The notes beneath the pieces were generated by a model. That model worked only from the letters and a program-made list of their open reading frames with translations. It did no database searches and was not told the DNA's origin. A stretch of 64,000 nt of DNA. It comes from an uncultured Chloroflexia bacterium (lineage in GTDB: Bacteria; Chloroflexota; Anaerolineae; JAAYZQ01). Position 1 is the stretch's first letter. Each line of letters starts with the position of its first letter. The DNA is taken from assembly GCA_963700285.1 (NCBI GenBank), contig CAVOXA010000014.1, forward strand, positions 512,001 through 576,000, written 5' to 3'. Made by a program: the position numbers and the translations under genes. Positions 49,467 to 59,961 of the stretch are shown here, one piece after another.

Positions 49467-49558
49467 GGTGTATCCTCCCATAACAAACCCCGCCGCACAC
49501 CACACGTTCGGCGGGGTCAGCACAAGCAACACTTTGGGTCAACCCTTGGTGACTCGGG

Positions 49559-50833
49559 CTAGGACAGGGTAGCCCTCACAGTACCGGCAGCCGCAGCCAG
49601 GGCTTGGTCCACCAGCTCTCCCTGGGAGCCGCCGCCCTGGGCGAAATTGGGCCGGCCGCCGCCCTGGCCACCGATCGCTTCGCATGCCTGCCGCACAAGG
49701 GCACCCATGTTCGCGTCCAGGTCTTTGGAGCAAGCAAAGGTGAAATAGCTCTTTTCGCCCTGCTGGCCCCGACTCGCCAACAGGGCAACCGTCCCTGGCT
49801 GAGCGACCAGCCTCTGGGCCAGATGCTTGAGATCGTCCAGGCTGCGGCCATCATAGAGTCCCTGGACGATACGGACGTCTCCCGCAAGTTCTCCCGGGCC
49901 GGGTTGTTCCAACTGTAGAGGCTTTGCCTGATGCCAAAGCGCCGTCGATTCAGCATCCAAGCGCGCATCACGGGAGTGACGCAGAGCCCGACGGGTCTCC
50001 TTGAGTTCATCGCTCAAGCGGTGGATGGCATCAAGCAGCTCCCAATGCCCGACGGTGAACTCTTGGGCCAGCTCCATCACGGTGGCATTCTTGGCCTGAT
50101 AGTCGGCCAACGCCCGCCCTCCGCACAGGAACTCGACGCGGGTTTCGGTACCGCGCCGCTCGCTGCGCGTGATCTTGATGAGACCAACCTCACCCGTACG
50201 GCGGACGTGGGTTCCGCCGCAGGCAGAACAATCAAAGAGGGCAGTCGATGCCGAGTACGGATCGCCGCCGTCGATTTCGACGACGCGCACCGGGCCACCA
50301 TGGACCAGGGGTTTTCGCAAGGGCAGTGAGGCTATCTCTTCATCGGGCACGAACCGGGCCATTGCGCGCCGGTTCTCGAAGACGATGGCGTTGGCCAAAA
50401 GCTCAACGAGAGCCAGTTCATCGCTGGAAAGGGGGGCACGATCGAGGTCCAAGGTGGCATATTCGTTCGACAAGTGAAAACCGACCGTGTTGGCCCCCAA
50501 CTCCTGGACAAAGGCCGCGGATAGAATGTGCTGGCCCGTGTGCTGCTGCATCAAGTCAAAGCGACGGCCCCAGTCAATGGCTCCTTCAAGCGGGCCAGTC
50601 CCCAGTGATTGGGAGATGACGTGGACCACGGCACCATCGGACTCTCGCTCAAGCACGTAAACGACCTGGACCTCGCCTAGCATACCAGTATCATGTGGTT
50701 GGCCGCCGCCCGTAGGATAAAAAGCCGACCGGTCCAGTACAACTGCCGGATCTCCATTCCACTGGAGCTGCTCTATCACGTAGGCAGAGAAGCCAGTCTG
50801 ATATGGATCGTCATAATAGAGACGCTCTGTCAT
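49559..50833 (-). CDS. Alanyl-tRNA editing protein (AlaX-like with DHHA1)
   Basis: FYPTGGGQPHD, QQHTGQH, CGGTH, GGGRPNFAQGG. Confidence 0.9.
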   Translation of the reverse strand: MTERLYYDDPYQTGFSAYVIEQLQWNGDPAVVLDRSAFYPTGGGQPHDTGMLGEVQVVYVLERESDGAVVHVISQSLGTGPLEGAIDWGRRFDLMQQHTGQHILSAAFVQELGANTVGFHLSNEYATLDLDRAPLSSDELALVELLANAIVFENRRAMARFVPDEEIASLPLRKPLVHGGPVRVVEIDGGDPYSASTALFDCSACGGTHVRRTGEVGLIKITRSERRGTETRVEFLCGGRALADYQAKNATVMELAQEFTVGHWELLDAIHRLSDELKETRRALRHSRDARLDAESTALWHQAKPLQLEQPGPGELAGDVRIVQGLYDGRSLDDLKHLAQRLVAQPGTVALLASRGQQGEKSYFTFACSKDLDANMGALVRQACEAIGGQGGGRPNFAQGGGSQGELVDQALAAAAGTVRATLS

Positions 50834-52929
50834 GCGCGACTCCTCCGGCGCCGGGGAGTACCACCTTTCGGTGCCGGTTTTTCAGTTGCCAGAAGTACAG
50901 CAATCGCTGCAACAATCACAGCCAGGACTGCAGCCATCAGCGCCCAGGTCCAGGGCGGGTGGATGCCGAAAAGCGGTGCCACCGTCCAGGCCATCCATAG
51001 CGCCAAGCCCACAAACACAAGCCCAGTGGCAAACTTGATGGTCGAGGTGTGGCGATTGAGGAATTGCCCAAGTTGCTGGGATGTTGTACCAAAGTAGCTC
51101 AGGGCAAAGACGACGATCAGGGGCAGGATGAACATCAGGCAATAGAGAACCAGGTAGACAAAGGCCTGAGAAGCCAGCTCGGGAACGCTCAAGACGAACA
51201 TGATGGTCGGAAGATAGACCTGTCCGGTACAGGCCAGCTCTAGCAAAGATACCACGAACCCGGTGAAAAATGCCATGGCCACAAAGGCACGGACCTGAGA
51301 ACCCTCGCGGATCACCTTGTTGATACGACGTCGCAGGTTCATGGGCAGCTTGAGCGCCATCTCGGAGGCCTCACCCTCGCGCACTTTGAAATAGTCGCGG
51401 AAGGTCAGGATGGCCAGCACTACGCACATCACTGCGGTGAGCAGGTACACCCAACGCCCCAGTGCCGTGAAAAAGCCGAGGGACTGTACGATCTTTAGCA
51501 ACCCTACACCAACGAGCAAGTAGGTCAGGAAAACCCCCAGCGCGAAGGCGATGCCCACGAACAAGATGTCGCGCCCCCGACGGCCGGTGAAAGTCAGGTA
51601 GGAGATGAAAAAGATCAGCGTAGCAAAGGCACAAGGGTTGAGCCCATCTATGAGACCCGCACCGAGCACTGTGAGGGCGCCAAAGGATCGAAAGCGCTCC
51701 ACCAAGCTCTGCTCCGCCTGGGACGCATCAAAATCATCCCAGGTGCGTTCTGCACCGGTCTGGGAGTACTGGCCCACCGTGGCCATCAGATTGTTGAGGG
51801 TGGCATCCGTGCCGATCAGGACATCCTGTCCGACAAAGAGCATGGGTGTGGAGAGGCGCTTTGCCTCCGGAACACCATACTTTTCGCTCATCCACTCGTT
51901 GAGCGTTTTGCTCTCTGCTTCCTCCATGGAAAAGCTTTCCACAACAAGCTGAGGGTACTGGCTCTCCACAACCTTTAGATCGTAGCTGGTACGCGCGCAT
52001 TCCTGGCAGCCGGCCTGCTCAAAGTAGGCCATATAGATGGGCTTCTCGTCGTTCGCCGTTGCCTCAGCCATCGCCTCGGTTGTCGCAGTTGGCTCCTCGC
52101 GGACAAGGCTGTCTACCAAATCCTCCCACTGTGGCAGACTAACACCCCCCTGGCCCACGTACCCCTCAACCAACTGGGGCAGCTGCGACTGTATCGCCGG
52201 GAGGCCGGTCAGAATCTGCCCGCCGACTACGATCTGTGGCGTACCTGGCGCAGGTCCATCGATGCCTAGCGCGGTATTGAGTTCGGCTAGCTTTTGCGCA
52301 TTCTCAGTTTGCGTGACGTCCGCAGCGTAGGGCTGGAGCCCGCCATATTCCAGGGCCAGGTCGGCGATCAGGTTGTTCAAGGCCTCAAAATCAGCGTGAT
52401 TCGGATCGTAAAAGACCAGCATCTGCACCGCTGGCTCCGGTGTCGGCAATACCACTTCTGGTAGATCGTCCAACGAGGGGTAATCGACGCCGCCCTGGGC
52501 CAGATATTCATCGATATAGGTCTCCAGCTTGCCGGGAATATCTACCGAGCCCACCAGCACTTTGTCGCCGATGACCAAGGCTGGCACCGCCCCCTGGCTT
52601 TCTTCCGGCACACCCAGCTTCATCTCTAGACCCAACAGGGTCAGGTACTTGTCGGTATCGCTCCAGACCTCAATATACTGATACTCTACCTGGTCGCCGT
52701 ACTTTTCATAGACCCCAGGCAGATAATCATCCATGACATCGTGGCAGTGAGGGCAGCTTTCCCCATAGAAAAGGAGGAACCGTACCACAGGCTGTTCCGC
52801 TTCGACCGTGCTATCCTGCGCTAGGGCCGTTGGGGCACCCACCAGGCACAGAACGAACATTCCCAGCGCAACGGTGAGCACCCACAAAGACGCCACCGCG
52901 TTCTTTCTCATCTGTGTCAACCTCTCCAT
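50830..52929 (-). CDS. Thioredoxin-repeat / CcdA-DsbD-like membrane redox protein
   Basis: Signal peptide, CPHC and CQEC motifs, TM domain with DGLNPCAF and ELACTGQVY. Confidence 0.8.
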   Translation of the reverse strand: MERLTQMRKNAVASLWVLTVALGMFVLCLVGAPTALAQDSTVEAEQPVVRFLLFYGESCPHCHDVMDDYLPGVYEKYGDQVEYQYIEVWSDTDKYLTLLGLEMKLGVPEESQGAVPALVIGDKVLVGSVDIPGKLETYIDEYLAQGGVDYPSLDDLPEVVLPTPEPAVQMLVFYDPNHADFEALNNLIADLALEYGGLQPYAADVTQTENAQKLAELNTALGIDGPAPGTPQIVVGGQILTGLPAIQSQLPQLVEGYVGQGGVSLPQWEDLVDSLVREEPTATTEAMAEATANDEKPIYMAYFEQAGCQECARTSYDLKVVESQYPQLVVESFSMEEAESKTLNEWMSEKYGVPEAKRLSTPMLFVGQDVLIGTDATLNNLMATVGQYSQTGAERTWDDFDASQAEQSLVERFRSFGALTVLGAGLIDGLNPCAFATLIFFISYLTFTGRRGRDILFVGIAFALGVFLTYLLVGVGLLKIVQSLGFFTALGRWVYLLTAVMCVVLAILTFRDYFKVREGEASEMALKLPMNLRRRINKVIREGSQVRAFVAMAFFTGFVVSLLELACTGQVYLPTIMFVLSVPELASQAFVYLVLYCLMFILPLIVVFALSYFGTTSQQLGQFLNRHTSTIKFATGLVFVGLALWMAWTVAPLFGIHPPWTWALMAAVLAVIVAAIAVLLATEKPAPKGGTPRRRRSRA

Positions 52930-53183
52930 TAGGGCTTGGATACAGACTCCGGGGCAGCCGCCGGACCGGAGCAGGCAAGATTATAGCACAAGCTTGCTAC
53001 TTTCTCCAAGGCCGGACAAGATGTGGGCAGACATGCCGCTAACCGGTTGACCGATGGATGGGGTTGCGATGCCTCCTCCCTTTTTCTTGTGGGGGGAAGC
53101 TATGATATAATGGCGCCTGGCCCGGAATGGACCACGAGCTGGATAGGGAGCGTGTGGCTCCCGTGGCGTGAGGAGAATCAGAA

Positions 53184-55505
53184 ATGATAGCAGAAGAACT
53201 GTTGGCCCAGATCGAGATCTTTCGCCAGGTGCCGGAGGACATTGGTCGTGAAATCCGGGAGAAAGCAGAGATAGCCCCATACGCGCCAGGTGAGATTATT
53301 GTTCCGGCCGGCCAACCCTTTACCTTTTTCGGTGTTCTGCTGCAGGGACAGGCCGATGCCTACTTGCCCGAGCAAGAGGCGGAACCACGTAGCATAGAGA
53401 CCTTTAGAGTCGGCTCGACCGTGGGCGAGATGTCACTTTTGACCGGTCAGAATGCGCCGGTGGACGTGATCGCCACCACACCCTGCCGGGTGCTGCTTGT
53501 TCCCGTAGATCTTTTCCACCACTGGGTGCAGGCCGATCCCACCTCATTGCAGACCTTTTCCAGGTCTGTCGCCCGGCGCAGTGTTCTGGTTGAGAAAGGG
53601 CTGCAGGTACAGACCCAATCGGCGGCCGAGCTGGATGCGGTCCAAGATCCCTATGGTCTGAGCCTAACACCCGACGAACCGCAGAAACTCCTCGTCATCA
53701 ACCTACGAACCGGTAGCCTCAAATACCGCTACTTTGACACGGAAGACGAAGCCAGGAATGTCGAGGGGCAGGTAGAATGGATCGGCGAGCCCCGCGCCCT
53801 GCAAAGCCACACCACGGCCAGCGGAGAACATACTTTTGCGCTAGGTCAAGTTGACCACCGCGAGGCCCTTGACATAGCGCTGCAGCGGCTGGTAGGTCTC
53901 GAGCCAGGTGGCCCGGAAAGCTTGGCTGAAATCACGGCTGTGGGCCACCGGGTCGTGCATGGTGGCGAAAAGTACTCCAGCCCCGTGGTAATTGACAGAG
54001 AGGTACTCACAGACATCCGCAGTTATGCGCATTTGGCCCCTCTTCACAACGCCATGCACGCCCTGGGCATCGAGTGGTGTCAGGAAATCTTGCCCGATGT
54101 GAGGCACATCGCTGTCTTTGATACTGCATTCCACCAGACGATGCCGCCCTATGCCTATCGATACGCGCTACCCGAGGAGCTGTATGAAAAGGATGGCATC
54201 CGCCGCTACGGGTTCCACGGAACGTCGCATCAATACGTGGCATTGATGGCAGCAACCCACTTGAGGAAGCGGTTCTCTCGGCTCAAGATCATCACCTGCC
54301 ATCTGGGCGAGGGCGCGTCGGCCTGCGCCATTGACCATGGCCGGTCGATCGATACCAGCATGGGCCTCACCCCTCTCGAAGGATTGGTGATGGTCACCCG
54401 ATCTGGAGATATCGATCCCGCCGTGGTTACTTATCTGATGCGCAAGGGGTTATCGGCCGACGAAATAGAGCACCTTCTTCTGCGCGAAAGCGGTTTGAAG
54501 GGCCTCTCAAACCTATCTGGCGACACGCGCGAGATCCCCGATGCCGCCAATGCGGGCGACCCCAAGGCCATGCTTGCCGCCGAGACCTTTGCCTACCGTC
54601 TGCGCAAGTACATTGGCGGCTACTATGCGGCGCTGGGCGGATTGGATGTCCTGGTATTCACTGGGGGGATCGGTGAGAACGCTGCCGGGATACGGTCCAT
54701 GGCCTGCACCGATCTCTGGGGGCTGGGGATCTTGATAGACGCTGTCAAGAATCGGGCCGTTCGCGATGCGAGCGAGGGGGTCGTGGACATCTCACACCCT
54801 GACTCAAAGGTCAAGGTGCTGATCATTCACTCTGATGCATCACGCATGATCGCCCGCGAGACAATCCGCGTCCTGGGCTACGAAGCGATTACCAGACAGC
54901 TGCAGGCCAGCCAGATCCCCATTCCTATCGGAGTTTCTGCCCACCACGTCCACCTTAGCCAGGAGCACGCAGAGCAGTTGTTTGGAAAGGGCCACCAGCT
55001 CACCCCTCACGTGCCTTTGTCGCAGCCCGGCCAGTATGCCGCCCAGCAATCTGTGCGGCTCACAGGCCCACGGGGCAGCATTGACCGGGTACGCGTGCTA
55101 GGCCCCGTACGCAAGGAAAGCCAGGTGGAGGTCTCGCGTACAGAAGGGTTTCGTCTCGGCATCCACGCCCCGATCCGCATGTCGGGTGACCTCGATGGGA
55201 CACCGGGGCTCATGCTGGAAGGGCCCGCCGGCCAGGTCGAGATCGAGAACGGCGTCATCTATGCCCAAAGACACCTACACATGACGCCTACGGATGCTCG
55301 AAAGCTGGGGCTAGAAAACCACGACGTCGTTCGCCTGCGTGTGGAAGGCGAACGCGAGCTGATCTTTGGCGACGTGGCTGTGCGTGTCTCTCCCAAATTC
55401 CAACTGGAATTCCACCTGGACACCGACGAAGCTAATGCTGCCGAACTCAACACCGGAGATGTGGCTTACCTGGACGGTATCCAGAAACGGGGGAACCGGG
55501 GATAG
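53184..55505 (+). CDS. Fusion: cNMP-binding domain + acetate/propionate kinase + PduL phosphotransacylase
   Basis: GEMSLL cNMP motif; GHRVVHGG, APLHN, RRYGFHGTSH, FTGGIGEN; SAHHVHL, RHLH, HLDTDEANA. Confidence 0.9.
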   Translation: MIAEELLAQIEIFRQVPEDIGREIREKAEIAPYAPGEIIVPAGQPFTFFGVLLQGQADAYLPEQEAEPRSIETFRVGSTVGEMSLLTGQNAPVDVIATTPCRVLLVPVDLFHHWVQADPTSLQTFSRSVARRSVLVEKGLQVQTQSAAELDAVQDPYGLSLTPDEPQKLLVINLRTGSLKYRYFDTEDEARNVEGQVEWIGEPRALQSHTTASGEHTFALGQVDHREALDIALQRLVGLEPGGPESLAEITAVGHRVVHGGEKYSSPVVIDREVLTDIRSYAHLAPLHNAMHALGIEWCQEILPDVRHIAVFDTAFHQTMPPYAYRYALPEELYEKDGIRRYGFHGTSHQYVALMAATHLRKRFSRLKIITCHLGEGASACAIDHGRSIDTSMGLTPLEGLVMVTRSGDIDPAVVTYLMRKGLSADEIEHLLLRESGLKGLSNLSGDTREIPDAANAGDPKAMLAAETFAYRLRKYIGGYYAALGGLDVLVFTGGIGENAAGIRSMACTDLWGLGILIDAVKNRAVRDASEGVVDISHPDSKVKVLIIHSDASRMIARETIRVLGYEAITRQLQASQIPIPIGVSAHHVHLSQEHAEQLFGKGHQLTPHVPLSQPGQYAAQQSVRLTGPRGSIDRVRVLGPVRKESQVEVSRTEGFRLGIHAPIRMSGDLDGTPGLMLEGPAGQVEIENGVIYAQRHLHMTPTDARKLGLENHDVVRLRVEGERELIFGDVAVRVSPKFQLEFHLDTDEANAAELNTGDVAYLDGIQKRGNRG

Positions 55506-55542
55506 CTCCGGACTTGTTCCCTATCCACGGCCCCAACTGTCG

Positions 55543-55571
55543 TTGTCAAACAACACCAAAGCTGTTATAAT
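55543..55571 (+). promoter_or_regulatory. Sigma70-type promoter of the peptidase operon
   Basis: TTGTCA-17-TATAAT with extended -10 TG. Confidence 0.65.
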
Positions 55572-55616
55572 GAGCGCCGATTCTGGGTTTGAGATTGGCT
55601 AGCGGGTGATTGGACG

Positions 55617-57383
55617 ATGGGTGAACTGGGAGAGCGGCTGCGTGCCGCACGCGAAGAGAAGAAAATGTCACTGGATGAGGTCGCAGTCGCGACCAAGATT
55701 CCGCTGAACTATCTGGAGGCTCTAGAAAACGAATCATTCGATTCTTTCACCAGCGATCTACATGCCCGGGGTTTTCTGCGGAACTATGCCTCCTACCTGG
55801 GCTTTGATCCGGATGAAACTGTGGACCTGCACGAGCGAGGTCCAAGCGATCCCAAACGAAAAAACCCGCGCGTCAAACAAGAGCCGGTCGCGAAAACCAT
55901 GGAAAGAGGCCGCAGAGGGCGATCCTTTTTCGTTGCTGATGCCCTGCTGGCCCTGGTCGTGGTCTCTGTCTTGGGGCTGGTTGGATTTTCTGTATACCAG
56001 CGCCAGAACCCCGAGGTGGTCACCCCAACGCCCGGCCCGCCCCCCACGCCCACAGTCACACCCATGCCCATCTATGAAGGCACGGCGTACCAGATGGACG
56101 TCTACTTGAACTACGCTGAACATCGGCTGTCCGTACAGCAGCAGATCGACTATACCAATGCCACCAGCGAAACGCTGCCTAATCTAATCCTCAACGTCCA
56201 TCCGAATCGGGGCAAGAACATCTTTGAACTAAATGACATCAAGGTGGACATGGGCGACGGAGAGTTGGTTGAGCCTGAGGTTTTCCCCCTGGACGTGACC
56301 CTACGGGTGGAACTGCCCACCGAGATCAAACCCAATGAACACGTGGCCCTCTACCTGGACTATACCCTCGACCTGCCCAAGATCAACCCGGATGAGGAAT
56401 TCAGCAGTGGCGGCTTTGGCTATTCCCAGCGTGCCGTGAGCCTGGGCAATTGGTACCCTGTTCTGGCTCCCTACCGTGAGGACAAGGGCTGGTACGGGCT
56501 GACCCACTTTCCTGTAGGCGACCCATACATCACGGAGGTGGCCGACTATAGCGTGAACATCACCACCACGGAGGACATTGTCATCGCCGGCACCGGTCAG
56601 GAGAGGCGCACAGACGGTCAGTGGCACTATGAGGCCGAACAGGCCCGCTCATTTGCATTTGCCGCCAGCGACAAATACCTGGAATCGAGCGACCGGGTTG
56701 GCAAAGTCACCGTGCACTCTTATTATTTCCCCACAAATGAGGAGTCGGGCCAGGTCGCCCTCGAAACGGCGGGCCGGGCGCTGGAGCTGTACTCCGAGCT
56801 GTACGGCCCCTATCCATACTCTGACTACCGCATCGCAGAGACCGAGTTCGCCGGGGGCATGGAGTTCTCTGGTCTCACCTTCATCGGCTCGGTATTCTAT
56901 GACGAATATGATGGCACGAACCGTACACCGCTCATCCCGCTGGCCGCTCACGAGGTTTCTCACCAGTGGTTTTTCGATCTTGTCGGAAACGACCAGGTGA
57001 CGGAACCCTGGCTTGACGAAGCGCTGGCCGAATACAGTGCTTTCCTTTACTACGAACGGTATCTACCGGACGACACCGACTGGTGGTGGAACTATGCTGT
57101 TGAACAATGGGCACCTACGGGCATCATTGACGCACGCATTCACGAGTTTCGCAACAACCGCGACTATTTGGATGCCGTCTACCGGCGCGGCGCCCAGTTC
57201 GTCCAGGATCTTAGGACAACCATGGGCGATCCTGCGTTCTTTGCTTTTTTGCAGGAGTACCAGCGCCGCAACGCGCATCGCCTGGTCAAATCGCGGGAAT
57301 TCTTTTCCCTGGTCCAAGAGTTCACGACTGCCGATCTGGTGCCACTCCAAGAGGAGTACTTTCGCCAGAGGATAATTCCCTAA
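55617..57383 (+). CDS. RodZ-like HTH + TM + extracytoplasmic M1/gluzincin aminopeptidase
   Basis: LGERLRAARE...TKI...LEALE...RGFLRNYA.YLG; TM; GGMEF, HEVSH, WLDEALAEY. Confidence 0.85.
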   Translation: MGELGERLRAAREEKKMSLDEVAVATKIPLNYLEALENESFDSFTSDLHARGFLRNYASYLGFDPDETVDLHERGPSDPKRKNPRVKQEPVAKTMERGRRGRSFFVADALLALVVVSVLGLVGFSVYQRQNPEVVTPTPGPPPTPTVTPMPIYEGTAYQMDVYLNYAEHRLSVQQQIDYTNATSETLPNLILNVHPNRGKNIFELNDIKVDMGDGELVEPEVFPLDVTLRVELPTEIKPNEHVALYLDYTLDLPKINPDEEFSSGGFGYSQRAVSLGNWYPVLAPYREDKGWYGLTHFPVGDPYITEVADYSVNITTTEDIVIAGTGQERRTDGQWHYEAEQARSFAFAASDKYLESSDRVGKVTVHSYYFPTNEESGQVALETAGRALELYSELYGPYPYSDYRIAETEFAGGMEFSGLTFIGSVFYDEYDGTNRTPLIPLAAHEVSHQWFFDLVGNDQVTEPWLDEALAEYSAFLYYERYLPDDTDWWWNYAVEQWAPTGIIDARIHEFRNNRDYLDAVYRRGAQFVQDLRTTMGDPAFFAFLQEYQRRNAHRLVKSREFFSLVQEFTTADLVPLQEEYFRQRIIP

Positions 57384-57387
57384 CCCG

Positions 57388-59961
57388 ATGAACCGGATCA
57401 CGCTCAGCGGCCTGTTGGGCGGCCTGCTCGTGGTGATGGGAGTCGTCGCCATCGCCGCCAGCAGCACCAATCTGGCCCTGCCCGGGAACACTGTCGCCCC
57501 AACCAGCAGGTCTGTTCTGCCTGCCAGTATCACCGTCTCGGCACCCGCCAAGATAGTGGTCGTCGCTACCTCGCCTGCATCGACGGCTGCGCTGGTATCA
57601 CCAAGCAGCATTTCCACGCCCGTGGCTGCGCCTGCCCTAGCGGAACATCCCACAGCCTCACCGGCTGCAAACGCGCCTACACCTGGCATCATACTATCGC
57701 CCAGACCGACGGGCGTCTCCATCACCCCTGCAGTGGAAACCTTGCCGACAGAAACGTCCAGTTCCATGCCTATTGCTGGCGCCGGACAGGTCATCGGCCA
57801 ATCAGTACAGGGACGCGACATCATTGCGCACCGCGCCGGCAATGGTCCGCTCAAAGTGGTGCTGGTGGGCAACATCCACGGCGCCTATGAGGCCAACACC
57901 CATATCCTGGTTCAGCAGCTTCTGGCCCATTTCCAGGCTCATCCGGAACAGGTACCCCCGCGCGTTAGTCTGTGGTTCATCCCGACAATGAACCCCGATG
58001 GGTTGGCAACAGGCCACCGTTGGAACGCCAACGATGTGGATCTGAACCGCAACGCTGATACCGACCTGGATGGCTGCGCCGGAAACGATTGGTCGCCTGA
58101 TACAGTGGGTCGCGAAGGAACCTATCCTGGCGCCGGTGGGCCATTTCCGTTCTCCGAACCCGAAACGCGCGCTGTACGAGACTTTATGAAAGATGCCTGG
58201 GTGGCAGTCTCCTATCACAGTGCGGCAGGGGCCATTTACGCGGATGCCTGCCAGCGTCACGCGCCCACGGCCCGACTGGCGCAGGTGTTGTCGGAAGGCA
58301 GCGGCTACCCAGTTCCAGCGAGTGGCTGGTCGGGCTACCCGATCACCGGCGACCTAGGGGACTTTTTGGCGGGCGAAGGGGTGGCTGCCGTCACCGTTGA
58401 GCTGACCGATCACGAGGAGCCAGAGTTTGAACGCAACCTTGCCGGCGTCCAGGCGATCTTGTCTTCTGTAGACGAGATCTTGGACACGGAGGCGGCAACT
58501 GCAGGGGCCGAACATGTCTGGCTCGACGAGCACAACACCGGCCTGTGGCGCTATGCTCCAGGCAGCTTTGTCCATCCCCTGGCCCTTGAAGTGTTAGGCG
58601 ACACAGCCTACCTCCTTGATGGCGGGCGGGTACTTGCTCTGGAGCTGAGCCAGCCCACGGAACCACATCTGCTTTTGTCGCCTGGTGATGCTGTGGAGAC
58701 TGTACCAGTGATAGAGCCGCTGGATCTGGCCAGCGACGGGGCCAGCCTGCTGGTCCTGGACCGGGCAGGTGATGTCTATCGATACGATCCTGCAGCCCGA
58801 AACTGGACGGTAGAACGCTATGACCGGCCCTCAGGAAGCTCGTATGACCACTACTTTGTAGCCCTGTCTGCCAGCGAGGATACCAGCTACCTGTTAGAGA
58901 CGAGCCACGAGCAAGTGCTGCGCTTCAAACCTGGCCAAAAGGGAGCGGCATTGATCCAACTGCCCCTCAGCCGCGACGTGGACCTGAGTACCATCGGTGA
59001 CTCTGTCTATGTCCTGAACCGTGCCCTCAACGCTCCCAATGGCGATCTCTACCTCTTTGCGAACGGACGTCGCGCCAACGCTTTCCAACCCAACGTGGAA
59101 CTCTTGCACCCGCGCCAGGTACTGGCCACCGAGGCAGCGGTATACGTGCTGGATCGCGCCGGGCGCCGCGTCCTGGCCCTGGATCCAGATTCCGGGGAAC
59201 TGCTCGCCGTGCATCAGTTTAGCGACAGGCGTGAGGTCAGCGCCATGTGGGCGGACCCGGACGGCAAGCGACTTGTCCTGGCTGGACAAGATGCTGGGCA
59301 GGGCGCCCTGCATTTCTATAACGACCCAGCGCGCAGTGCCAGCATCGAGGGCGGTCCGGTCCTGGAGGGCCCCCAGCCCCATGACCTGCGCCTGCTGGAG
59401 GGTCAGCGCGGTCTCCGGATGCCCATCCTGGATGCCCGGGTAACGAGCCGCGACTTTCAAATGCCCGGCGCGCCACGCCACTACCGGCTGGGCGTGCACG
59501 AGGGAATCGACGTCTATGGCAACACGGCCGGCGTCGGCGTGGACCGCAGCACCAAGGTCCGGGCTGTAGCTGATGGTACCGTTATTCGCGCTTTGACAGA
59601 GTATGAGCCACTCACGGCCGATCAGTCCGATGCCTGGGCCGCCAGGAGCCGAGGCCTGGGCTACACTCCACCGGAGGTACTGGATGGCTATCGCGGTATG
59701 CAGGTCTGGATCGACCATGGCGACAAGGTAGTCTCGCGCTACGCCCACCTGGGCAGCATCGTACAAGGTATTGAGGAGGGAGCAGCCGTGGCTGGGGGCC
59801 AAGTGATTGGCACGGTTGGTAATTCGGGAACGCCAGGCTCGGTACAGAGCCAGACCTACGATGTGCACCTGCATTTCGAACTGTGGGTGGATGGCCACTA
59901 CATCGGGCAATTCCTGCGTCCCATCGAGGCCAGGGAGTGGTTGGAGAGGATACTGCGATGA
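57388..59961 (+). CDS. Secreted M14 carboxypeptidase + beta-propeller + M23 peptidase
   Basis: IHGAYE, NANDVDLNRN, SYHS; YLLD/VLDR repeats; HEGID and HLH. Confidence 0.85.
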   Translation: MNRITLSGLLGGLLVVMGVVAIAASSTNLALPGNTVAPTSRSVLPASITVSAPAKIVVVATSPASTAALVSPSSISTPVAAPALAEHPTASPAANAPTPGIILSPRPTGVSITPAVETLPTETSSSMPIAGAGQVIGQSVQGRDIIAHRAGNGPLKVVLVGNIHGAYEANTHILVQQLLAHFQAHPEQVPPRVSLWFIPTMNPDGLATGHRWNANDVDLNRNADTDLDGCAGNDWSPDTVGREGTYPGAGGPFPFSEPETRAVRDFMKDAWVAVSYHSAAGAIYADACQRHAPTARLAQVLSEGSGYPVPASGWSGYPITGDLGDFLAGEGVAAVTVELTDHEEPEFERNLAGVQAILSSVDEILDTEAATAGAEHVWLDEHNTGLWRYAPGSFVHPLALEVLGDTAYLLDGGRVLALELSQPTEPHLLLSPGDAVETVPVIEPLDLASDGASLLVLDRAGDVYRYDPAARNWTVERYDRPSGSSYDHYFVALSASEDTSYLLETSHEQVLRFKPGQKGAALIQLPLSRDVDLSTIGDSVYVLNRALNAPNGDLYLFANGRRANAFQPNVELLHPRQVLATEAAVYVLDRAGRRVLALDPDSGELLAVHQFSDRREVSAMWADPDGKRLVLAGQDAGQGALHFYNDPARSASIEGGPVLEGPQPHDLRLLEGQRGLRMPILDARVTSRDFQMPGAPRHYRLGVHEGIDVYGNTAGVGVDRSTKVRAVADGTVIRALTEYEPLTADQSDAWAARSRGLGYTPPEVLDGYRGMQVWIDHGDKVVSRYAHLGSIVQGIEEGAAVAGGQVIGTVGNSGTPGSVQSQTYDVHLHFELWVDGHYIGQFLRPIEAREWLERILR

